DNA from: a virus
Lineage: Duplodnaviria; Caudoviricetes
Virus record (IMG/VR): IMGVR_UViG_3300010366_000001
Span: 625-64,624 of that record
Length of the DNA: 64,000 nt
Reading direction: 5' to 3' (one strand)
Below the pieces are notes generated by a model. The model saw nothing but the letters and a program-made list of their open reading frames with translations. It was not told where the DNA came from and made no database searches. Of this stretch, positions 41,398 through 50,131 are shown one piece after another. A program made the translations under genes and the position numbers. Each line of letters begins with the position of its first letter. Within the stretch, counting starts at the first letter, position 1.

Positions 41398-41448
41398 AGG
41401 TCAAGGTTAACATAGAGTGTATTAAGAACGCAAGCGGCCCCCGCCCGT

Positions 41449-41772
41449 TCATCCATCTTTCCGCTCTCCGTTCACCAGGGCTTGCGGCCGCCCGCGATCG
41501 ATCATCACATAGCCGTGCTCCTGAATAAATTGCTCGAGGCCCTCCAGGTTGCCGCCGAAGGTCGTGTTGTGCCCGTGCCCGAGCAGCCAGCACAGCACAT
41601 CGGCGTTGGCCATCATGTCGGACATTACCCGGGGGTCATCGTCCGGCCCAAGGACCTCGTGCCGCGTCTCTGTATCGAGGATCAGAGCGACCAGAACATC
41701 GTGCGCGCGCTGGACCTCGTCAGCAGTGCGGACAATCCGCGACTGCCCTATTGCGACCTGCAGGTGGTCCAT
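41449..41772 (-). CDS. Hypothetical, paralogous to part of 39033-38647
   Basis: RTADEVQRAHD...DVLCWLLGH...F..NL. Confidence 0.6.
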   Translation of the reverse strand: MDHLQVAIGQSRIVRTADEVQRAHDVLVALILDTETRHEVLGPDDDPRVMSDMMANADVLCWLLGHGHNTTFGGNLEGLEQFIQEHGYVMIDRGRPQALVNGERKDG

Positions 41773-41774
41773 GC

Positions 41775-41918
41775 TCACCCCACCAGCAACGCCAGCGCCA
41801 TGCAGAACAGGCCGGCCGACTCGAGCCGCTTGGCTGGCGGGGGCTCGAGCACCGCGCCCAGTAGGAACAGGACCGCGGCGAATATCAGCAAAATCGCTCT
41901 TAAACTCGGCATCTTCAT
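41775..41918 (-). CDS. Two-TM small membrane protein with Met-Lys-Met start (holin candidate; not in the ORF track)
   Basis: MKMPSLRAILLIFAAVLFLLGAVLEPPPAKRLESAGLFCMALALLVG; GGAGG RBS. Confidence 0.5.
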   Translation of the reverse strand: MKMPSLRAILLIFAAVLFLLGAVLEPPPAKRLESAGLFCMALALLVG

Positions 41919-41978
41919 CTCTCCCTCCCCCAAAGGAGCCGGCCAACCCCAGCGCCGGCTCCTCGTGCTTGCGGGACG

Positions 41979-42386
41979 TTACTTCCTCATGCCGCTGCGG
42001 GCCGACGGTCCTCCCGGCGACGGCGGTCCCTGCGGTCCTTGCGTGAACGTGATGTCCCCGGCCACCGCCTGTCCCTTGATCGTCGTAATGTCGATAATCG
42101 CGGTGACAGTCTGCACGCCCGATCCGAGATCGGCATCCGCCGTCGCATGGACCGAGGCCGTACCTACCGGCCCTGGCGCGTAGGCATTTGCGATTTGCGG
42201 ATTCCCGGCGGCGGCTGTAACTTCCACGACTGTGGGATCGGTCGAATCCCACGCGGTCGGACCATCGACCTGGACGGTATTGCCGCCAGCATCCCGCCAT
42301 TCGACCGATAAGGTCGCCAGCGTCCCGACCGGCATGGTCGCGCTCGAATGTTGCGAAACTGCCTTTCCTGTTGCTTGTTGTGGCAT
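41979..42386 (-). CDS. Ig-like (beta-sandwich) domain protein
   Basis: VEWRDAGGN..VDGPTAWDSTDPTVVEV...ASVHATADADLG; AGGAG RBS before ATG 42386; frame stays open further upstream. Confidence 0.6.
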   Translation of the reverse strand: MPQQATGKAVSQHSSATMPVGTLATLSVEWRDAGGNTVQVDGPTAWDSTDPTVVEVTAAAGNPQIANAYAPGPVGTASVHATADADLGSGVQTVTAIIDITTIKGQAVAGDITFTQGPQGPPSPGGPSARSGMRK

Positions 42387-42499
42387 CTGTATACTCACTC
42401 CTGTAAATGAGAATTGATCTGCTGTTATGGTGATAGCGGCAACCTGCGGTTGCTGCTGCTGCTGGTGCACTACGACCAGCGGCGTGTCGAAGCTGATCG

Positions 42500-43438
42500 C
42501 TAGTTTGTCCGTGAGTCCCTCCTTACGTACCCGGATAGCTGCTGGGCGATGGCATAGAGCGGATCGCCTTCGGGCGCGGCCACCTGCAGGTGCCCGCCGC
42601 GCTCATAGATCGCACAGTAATGCCTATGGAATTCGATTACGACTGGAGCAACCGTTCCAGTTCCTTCTCCGTCCGCTGCTCGCCGCAGATGGCGCATTCC
42701 CACCAGCTTTGGAAGCATCTCTCGTATGGGCCGCAATCGAGGCCATGCGTTTCTGTCCATTCGTGCTCCTTCAGGACCAGATGTTCCAGGCAGTTGTGCG
42801 CTACTTGCCCGGCGTCATGCTCCTCGGCCGGCAACTACTCGCCCTCAGCCGCGAGGACGCCGCCGTTGGCCCGCGGCGCCGGCGCCGATGATCGCCGGCG
42901 CCTCCTACCTCGCCCTAAAGGGCCCGTCTCCGGCTCCTCCCCGAGCGTGACTCCCAGCAGCTTCCCCATCACGTCCGACACCGATTCGCCGTTTACGCTC
43001 GAAATCAACTCAGCGCCGCGAATCAGCTTCACCATTTGTCGCCTGGTCAGTCTCTGTTGTACTGGCATCGTCGAATTCTCCTCTCAGAACTTTGTCGAGC
43101 CGCATGCGGCACAAGACGCAGACCTCCGGAGGGAAGGCCTCCATGCGCAAATTGAGAGTCCCGCCATCCACGAGCTTGGTGCCGCAATAGGCAAGCTCCG
43201 GCCGGCCGATCATCCCTACGTGCCGGCGCTTCTTTCGATCGAGAGGGAGCATCATCACCGGATCGTCCGCGAGCCAACGCGCCTGCAGGCGGTATGCCTC
43301 GGTCCACCAGTCGCGGCTCAAGCACCGCAGGCAGACCGAGCCCAACGAGGTGGTCGTGCCGCCGCAGCGCGTGCAGCGATGCTCCTTCGCATGAAACTCC
43401 ACTCTCTTCCCGCGGAGTTCGATCCCGTCATCAGTCAT
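42500..43438 (-). CDS. Small leftward hypotheticals (43438-43010, 43068-42835, 42834-42637 and a short ORF ending at 42500)
   Basis: Coupled ORFs with CxxC motifs. Confidence 0.5.
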
Positions 43439-43661
43439 TGGCCGACCCGTTCTGCCCTACGGCTACCTCCGGCATAATGTAGCCGCGCTCGGCCATCACC
43501 TCGAGCACCAGGTGCTCGGGAATGCGCATCGAGGCGCGTCGCTTGTCGCTGAATCGCAGCACGCCGTCGCGGCCGCGGAAGGTGTTCCGCACCAGGCTCT
43601 TCGACACGCGCCACCGGTCCGCGATCTCGGAAATGGAGTACAGTTGCTCGACCATTGCCAT
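43431..43661 (-). CDS. Excisionase/MerR-type HTH protein
   Basis: LYSISEIADRWRVSKSLVRNTF winged-HTH pattern; first gene of the leftward block, with TTGACA-17 bp-CAGTAT upstream. Confidence 0.65.
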   Translation of the reverse strand: MAMVEQLYSISEIADRWRVSKSLVRNTFRGRDGVLRFSDKRRASMRIPEHLVLEVMAERGYIMPEVAVGQNGSAND

Positions 43662-43814
43662 TGCGTTTATCTCATGTTTTTGATTCGCGTAATGACAATG
43701 TCGATACTGACGCCGATTGCTGCAAGTGTCAACCGAAATATACGGCGCCACGTTCCTAATCGCACGAAACATCCGTATTACGCGAAACCGAAAAAAACGT
43801 AAGATGGAGTCACT

Positions 43815-46325
43815 GTGATCGATCGGCCGTTGATTACACCAGACAGCAATGGGGTAGGCCCCATGGCTCTAGACCTGGCCTATACGGACGGCGCCACCAG
43901 CCGGCCGCTCGATGATGGCGGCTACGAGGTCATGCTGACCGGCGCCGCGCCCAAGCCGCCGGCCATCGAAGACGCCCCGCACAACGCAAACCTCGCCGAG
44001 TACCTGCCGGCAAGCACGCTGCAATCGATCGCGAGCGACCTGCGCGCCGCCGTCGAAGACGACCTGCTCAGCCGCAAGGACTGGGAAGACGCGCTCGCCA
44101 AGGGCATGGACCTGCTCGGCATCAAGATTGAGGACCGGTCCGAGCCCTGGAAAGGAGCCTGCGGCGTAGTGCAGCCCATGATCCTCGAGGCCGCGGTCCG
44201 GTTCCAGTCGAAGGCCTCGACGCGCCTGTTCCCGGCCGAGGGGCCGGCCAACGTCAAGACCATCGGCGAGACCGACGAGCGGAAGCTTCAGCAGGCCAAG
44301 CGCGTCGCGACCGACCTGAACTACTGGCTCACCGAGCGCATGCCGGAGTACCGCGACGAGACCGACCAGCTTTTATTCGCGCTACCGGTGGACGGCTCGG
44401 CGTTCAAGAAGATTTACTTCGACACTTTATTGAAGCGGCCCGTAGCGCAGTTCGTCCCCGCGAGCGACTTCATCATGCCGTATGGGTTTCCGAACCTCGA
44501 GACCTGCCCGCGCTACACGCACGTGATGAAGAAGCCGCTCAACCAGATCCTGGTCCTGCAGAACACCGGCTTCTATCGCGACATTCCCATCAACCGTTCG
44601 CCCATTCAGGTGGACCGCATCGAAGAGAAGGTCATCAAGCTGAGCGGGCTCGAGCCAAGCTACACGCAGCAAGAGCTCGTGCCGCTGTGGGAGATTCACG
44701 CCGACCTCGCGATCGAAGGGGACCGCGATCACATGTCGCCCTATGTGATCACGATGGAGCGCGATAGCTCGGACATTCTCTCCATCTATCGCAACTGGCG
44801 CGAAGGCGACGAAGACAAGCGCAAGGTTCAGAGCTTCATCCACTACCGGTACGTACCGTGGCGCGGCGCCTACGGGCTCGGGCTCATCCACCTGATCGGC
44901 GGCATCGCGAAGGGCTCGACCTCGATCCTGCGGCAGCTTGTGGATGCCGGAACGCTGGCCAACCTGCCGGGCGGCCTGAAGTCGCGGCAGTTGCGGATCA
45001 AGGGCGATAACGATCCGATCCGCCCGGGCGAGTGGCGCGACGCCGACGTGCCGGCCGGCAAGATCGCCGACAGCGTTTACTCGCTGCCCTATAAGGAACC
45101 CTCGAGCGTCCTGTTTCAACTGCTGGAAGTGCTCGTCGACCAGGGCAAATCGTTCGCCTCGATCGGGGACCTTGACCTGAGCTCCGCCACCCAGAACGCG
45201 CCCGTGGGCACCATGCTCGCCCTGATCGAGCGTGCCACCGAGGTGGTCGCCGCGGTCTACACCCGCACCCATACGGCGCTCGGCCGCGAGCTTGCCCTGG
45301 TGGCTGAGATCGTCCGCGATCACACCGGGGGCGAGTACGACTACCGGCCGGCCGGCAACGTGCCGCCGTCGGCCAAGACGCAGGACTACGAGCAGCTAAT
45401 CTCGATCGTACCGGTAAGCGATCCCGCGGCGTCCACCATGGCGCAGCGCGTGATGGTCTACCAGAGTGCGTTGCAGCTATCGGCGCAGGCGCCGCAACTG
45501 TATAACCTGCCGTTGCTGCACCGAAGCATGCTCGAGGTGCTGGGCGTCGATAACGCCGATGAGATCGTGCCGGACAAGACGGCGGTCGAGCCGGCGGACC
45601 CGGTCTCAGAAAACATGGCGCTGCTCACGTCGAAACCCGTCAAGGCGTACGAGTGGCAGGATCACAAGTCGCATCTCGCTGTGCACCAGGCGTTCTCCGA
45701 CGATCCGAAGGTCCAGCAAGCCATGCAGCAGAACCCGCTGATGGCCTCGATCGCGCAGGCCGGCGCCGCGCACATTGCCGAGCACGTGGCGTTTCTCTAT
45801 CGCCAGGAGATGGAGACCCAGATGGGCGTGCCGCTGCCGCCGCTCGCAAGCCACCTGCCGCCCGAAGTGGAGCACCAGCTAAGCAACCTGCTGGCTCAGG
45901 CCGCGCAGAAGGTCCTGCAGGCCAACCAGGCCGAGGCACAACAAAAGAAAAATCAGCAGGCGCAGCAGGACCCGGTCGTGCAGCAGGCCGAGAAGGAACT
46001 GCAGTTGAAGGCCCAGGCGCAGCAGGAGAAGGCGCAGACCGACAAAGCCAAGCTCGCGCTCGAGGGGCAGCGGCTGATGGTCAAAGCGCAGGCCGACCAG
46101 GCCAAGCTCGCGTCGCAGGAACGCATGCATTCAGAAACCGTGCAGGCGGAGAACCTCCGCCATCACGTCAGCGAGCAGGCCGAGACGCACCGCACCGTGA
46201 CCAAAGAGCAGGCCGCGAACCTGCGCCACCTGGGCGACACGGCCGCGCGTCATGCCGAGCTTGCTGGAAGCCTGGTGCCCGAGCCCGAGCCGCCGGCGCC
46301 GCCTGCCGAGCCCCCGCTCGAATAG
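43815..46325 (+). CDS. Portal protein
   Basis: 836 aa; SRKDWE..LAKGMDLLG; AAVRFQS; GSAFKKIY; YGLGLIHLIG; GTLANLPGG; APVGTMLALIE. Confidence 0.9.
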   Translation: MIDRPLITPDSNGVGPMALDLAYTDGATSRPLDDGGYEVMLTGAAPKPPAIEDAPHNANLAEYLPASTLQSIASDLRAAVEDDLLSRKDWEDALAKGMDLLGIKIEDRSEPWKGACGVVQPMILEAAVRFQSKASTRLFPAEGPANVKTIGETDERKLQQAKRVATDLNYWLTERMPEYRDETDQLLFALPVDGSAFKKIYFDTLLKRPVAQFVPASDFIMPYGFPNLETCPRYTHVMKKPLNQILVLQNTGFYRDIPINRSPIQVDRIEEKVIKLSGLEPSYTQQELVPLWEIHADLAIEGDRDHMSPYVITMERDSSDILSIYRNWREGDEDKRKVQSFIHYRYVPWRGAYGLGLIHLIGGIAKGSTSILRQLVDAGTLANLPGGLKSRQLRIKGDNDPIRPGEWRDADVPAGKIADSVYSLPYKEPSSVLFQLLEVLVDQGKSFASIGDLDLSSATQNAPVGTMLALIERATEVVAAVYTRTHTALGRELALVAEIVRDHTGGEYDYRPAGNVPPSAKTQDYEQLISIVPVSDPAASTMAQRVMVYQSALQLSAQAPQLYNLPLLHRSMLEVLGVDNADEIVPDKTAVEPADPVSENMALLTSKPVKAYEWQDHKSHLAVHQAFSDDPKVQQAMQQNPLMASIAQAGAAHIAEHVAFLYRQEMETQMGVPLPPLASHLPPEVEHQLSNLLAQAAQKVLQANQAEAQQKKNQQAQQDPVVQQAEKELQLKAQAQQEKAQTDKAKLALEGQRLMVKAQADQAKLASQERMHSETVQAENLRHHVSEQAETHRTVTKEQAANLRHLGDTAARHAELAGSLVPEPEPPAPPAEPPLE

Positions 46326-46355
46326 AAAAGGCCCGCTCCGAAGAACGGGCCCTTT
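46326..46355. terminator. Bidirectional terminator between portal and capsid genes
   Basis: AAAAGGCCCG...CGGGCCCTTT stem flanked by A and T runs. Confidence 0.6.
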
Positions 46356-46401
46356 AGCACTGACTTACCAAACAACCGAACAAGACAACACTGCTTCTAT
46401 T

Positions 46402-47319
46402 CTAACCCCCGCCGCCGGCCGAGCCGAAGATGCCGAGCGGATCCGACCAGCCGAAGCTGTACCGCTCGCGTGCCTTGTAGCGAAGATTCCCCGTGTCGAA
46501 GTCGGGATCGTTGTTGGTTTTGAGCGGCGTGCGCTGAAACATCTTGAGCCCGTTCGGCACATCCGTCACGAGATACCACGCCTTCGGATCGGTGATCCAA
46601 TGGTTGACGAACCAGCCTTCCGGAATCGTTCCATTGTTGTAGAGGGCGTTGATATCGTTGTCCGCGGTGCCCGGGCGATACTGCGAACGCAGCAGGCGGG
46701 TAGCGGTGAACACGAGCGACGCCGGCACAATCAACTTGCGCGGCTTGGCGGCGATGAGCAGCCCGCGGTCATCGACCCAGCCGGCGATCTGCGTGGTGGC
46801 GTTTTCGAGCGCCGTCTCGTTCAGATCGGCCGAGGTGGCACTCGTATTGCTGTTGACTGTGCCAGCGAGGGCCAGCGGATGGTTGATGCTGCACAGGGGC
46901 TGGCCGTCGCCACCGTTGAACGAGCCGGAGAAGGCATTATTCAAGACGGCAGCGCCCTTGGTTTGTTTCGTGTACGCCATGCTCCTCGCGAGCGCCTTGG
47001 TATAGCGCGCGGAAAGCGAATCGTACAGGTTGTCTTCGAAGGCTTCTTCCGTCAAGGCGAAGCCGATCGCAATCGTCTCGTGGGTGTAGCGCGCTGTGTA
47101 GGTCTCCTGGGCCTCGTCGTACGTAACCGCGGCACCTTCGGCCTTCACCGGGGCGGGGCCAAAGCCCGTGATCTTGGCCTCTTCCTCAAAACTGCGCTCT
47201 GAGGACTCGACCGCGAACACATCCTTGTGCTCTTCCGGATAGCGTTTATACTCGATCCCGAACAACGCGTTCAGGCCGGGCACCAACTCTTTGAGTAATT
47301 GTGCTCTGGAAATAGCCAT
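46402..47319 (-). CDS. Major capsid protein (Mu gpT-like HK97 family)
   Basis: MAISRAQLLKELVPGLNALFG; FNGGDGQPLCSINHP; YKARERYSFGWSDPLGIFGS. Confidence 0.92.
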   Translation of the reverse strand: MAISRAQLLKELVPGLNALFGIEYKRYPEEHKDVFAVESSERSFEEEAKITGFGPAPVKAEGAAVTYDEAQETYTARYTHETIAIGFALTEEAFEDNLYDSLSARYTKALARSMAYTKQTKGAAVLNNAFSGSFNGGDGQPLCSINHPLALAGTVNSNTSATSADLNETALENATTQIAGWVDDRGLLIAAKPRKLIVPASLVFTATRLLRSQYRPGTADNDINALYNNGTIPEGWFVNHWITDPKAWYLVTDVPNGLKMFQRTPLKTNNDPDFDTGNLRYKARERYSFGWSDPLGIFGSAGGGG

Positions 47320-47329
47320 AGCGTTGCTC

Positions 47330-47962
47330 CTATAGGCCCTGGCTCACTGCGTAACGATGGACACCGGGTGCCCAGATTACCAGCAAGTCGGTGAATGGAT
47401 CGCCAGGCTGCGAGCTCATGCCAGGAGCCGGGCTGGGGGTGTAGACGAAATCGTAGATGCGCACCGCACCTACGGCCGTGCCAACGGTAGCGGTGTCCAC
47501 GACACAGACCGAATTCTTGATCTGCGCGTTGCCACCATGGAAGCCGGTCAGGCCGGCGTTCATGCCGATCTTATCGACCGTCACGATGCCGTTTGCCTGG
47601 ATCTGCATCACCGCGCTCGGTGAATCGAAAACCTTGATCTGGATATTCGTGTAGCCCAACCCCGCGGCGTTAGCCGGCAGAAATTGGTCGTTCACGAAAC
47701 CCATCTTCGGATCCTGGTAGCTGCAACCCATAAAAATCCCGATCGGGTTGTTGGCAGTCGCAGCAGCCAGGTAAGTGGCGGGCGGCACCGGACTGGCCGT
47801 CAGCGCAACGGGGTTACCGCCGCTGAGGCCTAACGGGTCGCCAAAGTAAAACGCGTACGTGTTGGTAACGTTGAGCGGGATCGTATGGATGCCGCCGGAG
47901 AACGGAACGTCCCCGAGCATCTTTGCAATACGGAACCCGTATGGCCCTGCCTTTTGAGCCAT
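47330..47962 (-). CDS. Putative capsid decoration / minor head protein
   Basis: PYGFRIAK..G; IGIFMGCSY; directly upstream of the capsid gene. Confidence 0.6.
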   Translation of the reverse strand: MAQKAGPYGFRIAKMLGDVPFSGGIHTIPLNVTNTYAFYFGDPLGLSGGNPVALTASPVPPATYLAAATANNPIGIFMGCSYQDPKMGFVNDQFLPANAAGLGYTNIQIKVFDSPSAVMQIQANGIVTVDKIGMNAGLTGFHGGNAQIKNSVCVVDTATVGTAVGAVRIYDFVYTPSPAPGMSSQPGDPFTDLLVIWAPGVHRYAVSQGL

Positions 47963-47998
47963 TGGCGCTCCTATTTCGTGGTTGAGGTCGGGGAGAGG

Positions 47999-48475
47999 CT
48001 AGGCGCCGCGCTCGCGACGCGCGTCAGGGCCGAAGCCGACCGAAGTTTTGGAGTCCCGAGTCACCCTCGATAAGCGCGGATCAGTCTCGCGGTCAAGCTG
48101 ATCATTCACCGCCTGCATCTGACGTCGCGTTAGCTGGTCATAGTAGTCGGCGCGCTGCTTCATGAGTAGTGCGGGCGCGGAACACAATAGCAGGCCGCCA
48201 ATCTCGACGTTCTCGGGCCATCGAGAGTTCTTGTCGGGATGGAAGTCCAGTTCGGGATAGTCAACGGCGCGAACTGGCTCCCAGCCTTCCTGGAAGCTGT
48301 TAGAGATGTTTCCGGGATCGGCCGCGCCCATCGCCGATACTCGGACCCAGCGGAAACAGAGACCTGGCCGCGGGTGCGGATCGGGTAGCGTGGTGGGAGG
48401 TTTCCATGTCAACGGCCGTGCCGCTGCGGCGCGCGTTTCCTGCTCGCGCGGCGTGCGTTCATTGGGCGTGCTCAT
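47999..48475 (-). CDS. Conserved head-module hypothetical
   Basis: W.PP..LP.P.PRPG..FRWVR...EGWEPV...EIGGLLL pattern. Confidence 0.65.
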   Translation of the reverse strand: MSTPNERTPREQETRAAAARPLTWKPPTTLPDPHPRPGLCFRWVRVSAMGAADPGNISNSFQEGWEPVRAVDYPELDFHPDKNSRWPENVEIGGLLLCSAPALLMKQRADYYDQLTRRQMQAVNDQLDRETDPRLSRVTRDSKTSVGFGPDARRERGA

Positions 48476-49458
48476 GATACCCTCCTCCGTTCCTCCTGCT
48501 CTTCTTTCACGAGTTGCAGAGCGTACTGCTCCGGTGTCAGCCCGAGCGTCTTGGCGATGCGCACCTGGGATTCGGTAAGCCGAACGATCCGTTTGCCATC
48601 GGCAGAGGCCGGGCTGCCATTCGGAGCACTGGCGCTCCGCGTACCGCCGGTGACCGCCACCGGACGGGGACGCGCCTGGCCTTCGGGCCGGGCGTCACCA
48701 AACTTGTCGGGGTACTGCCTTGCAAGGCGCTCATCGATGGTGCGCCAATAGAGATCCGGATTCGACTCCTCGGTGATACCGTCGATCGCCAGATGATGGT
48801 GCTGGCGCATCGCGAAGCTGGTCATCTCCTGATCCTTGCCCCACCACGGGTGCGCCGCCACCCAGGCCTGCGTCCGCGCGCTGCCACCCTGCTGCTGTGG
48901 CATCGGGCCGGGCGGCTGCTCCTGCGGCTGCGCCTGCTCACCGGCCACCGGCTTCAAAAGCTTCAGCCGATCGACCTCCGCGGCCGAGCGCGCCATCTCT
49001 TCCTGGGCGTCAACGATCTCGTTGACGTCGTTGGCGCCGTGCGCCTGCCGCAGCCGATTCTTCGCGCCATCCAGTTGCGTCTCCGCACGCCGCAGCGCCT
49101 GATCGATCAGCGCCGATTCAGACCGGCTGTTGCTCTGCCGTAGCTGCTGGTTCTCGCGGTAGAGTTGCTCGGCGAGCGTCGAGGCCGTAGCTGCGTCCTT
49201 CGACCACTGCTCGGCGCGCCGGCGCTGCTCCTGGTAGGCCTGGCGCAGGGACCTGACGGCCTTCTTCGCCGCAGCATCCGCGCGCGCAATCTCGTCGTCG
49301 GTGGTCGCAGTGAGCTTGCCGAGCTCATCATCGGAGATGGCCGGCTTGCCGCCCTTCTCGGGCTCGACCTCAACGGTGACGCCTGAGTCGGCCGGCAGCG
49401 CAACCTCGGCGCCTTCCGGCGCGGCCGCTTCGTGTGCCTGGAGATGTTCGTCAGGCAT
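48472..49458 (-). CDS. Scaffolding protein
   Basis: Long coiled coil; NP.W.G-like HPWWGKD; C-terminal VRLTESQVRIAKTLGLTPEQYA. Confidence 0.7.
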   Translation of the reverse strand: MPDEHLQAHEAAAPEGAEVALPADSGVTVEVEPEKGGKPAISDDELGKLTATTDDEIARADAAAKKAVRSLRQAYQEQRRRAEQWSKDAATASTLAEQLYRENQQLRQSNSRSESALIDQALRRAETQLDGAKNRLRQAHGANDVNEIVDAQEEMARSAAEVDRLKLLKPVAGEQAQPQEQPPGPMPQQQGGSARTQAWVAAHPWWGKDQEMTSFAMRQHHHLAIDGITEESNPDLYWRTIDERLARQYPDKFGDARPEGQARPRPVAVTGGTRSASAPNGSPASADGKRIVRLTESQVRIAKTLGLTPEQYALQLVKEEQEERRRVS

Positions 49459-49940
49459 TATCGACCTACCCTTTCCACCCGCAAGCCGTCGCGCATGACG
49501 GCCTCTACGGTGTCGTCGTTGATCAGTGCATATACAAACGGATAGCCGGCGCGCGTAAATCGCGTGCCGGAATAGGCCCTGATCATTACTCGGTCGCCAA
49601 CCCGACACCAGGGACCGTGCGGAAACCTGGTCTGGTCGGTGTAAGCCTCCTGGCCGGCGGCCACCACGATGCCCTGAATCGACGCCATCTGGTACAGAGA
49701 CCGGGCATCATCCGGCATCACAAGGGCCGCGCCCTCAAGCTTGGCCTGCAGGTACGGAATATAAAGCAGCAGCCTGTAGCCAGCCGGCCGGAACCACTCG
49801 GTGATTTCGCGCGCGAAGAAGTCGAGCCTCTCCTGCGCCGCCATCTGCGCCTCCGCGGAAGCGCGCGGGTCATCCAGGATCCGGATCAGCCCCTCGATCG
49901 AGGCCTGCCGCTCGGTCTCATCCATGACCGCGACGGGCAT
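49458..49940 (-). CDS. GroES/Cpn10-like co-chaperonin
   Basis: RPAGYRLL..; GIVVAAG; WCRVGDRVM..YSGTRF; LINDDTVEAV. Confidence 0.8.
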   Translation of the reverse strand: MPVAVMDETERQASIEGLIRILDDPRASAEAQMAAQERLDFFAREITEWFRPAGYRLLLYIPYLQAKLEGAALVMPDDARSLYQMASIQGIVVAAGQEAYTDQTRFPHGPWCRVGDRVMIRAYSGTRFTRAGYPFVYALINDDTVEAVMRDGLRVERVGR

Positions 49941-50131
49941 TACTCCTCGTCCCCGGAGGCCGGTTTCAGCAATTCCTGCAACTGATCCATGGCAAATTGT
50001 ATACCACGAATCTGTCCAGTGAGATACGTGTAGTCGGAAAAACAGGTCGGTTGGCCCCTCAAAACGGCTTCGCTCAGACTCGATAATTCCTCCGCCAGGA
50101 GCCGTTCCAGACGCCGCGCGAGGCTATCCAA
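49940..50131 (-). CDS. 63-aa head-module hypothetical
   Basis: DYTYLTGQIRGI motif; TTG start overlaps the upstream stop. Confidence 0.65.
   Translation of the reverse strand: MDSLARRLERLLAEELSSLSEAVLRGQPTCFSDYTYLTGQIRGIQFAMDQLQELLKPASGDEE

Noticed and set aside
41405-41432. dif-like sequence TGCGTTCTTAA-TACACT-CTATGTTAACC (minus strand)
   Set aside because: Only 8/11 to the XerD arm with the conserved first T missing, 5/11 to XerC; better explained as the promoter of gene 41397
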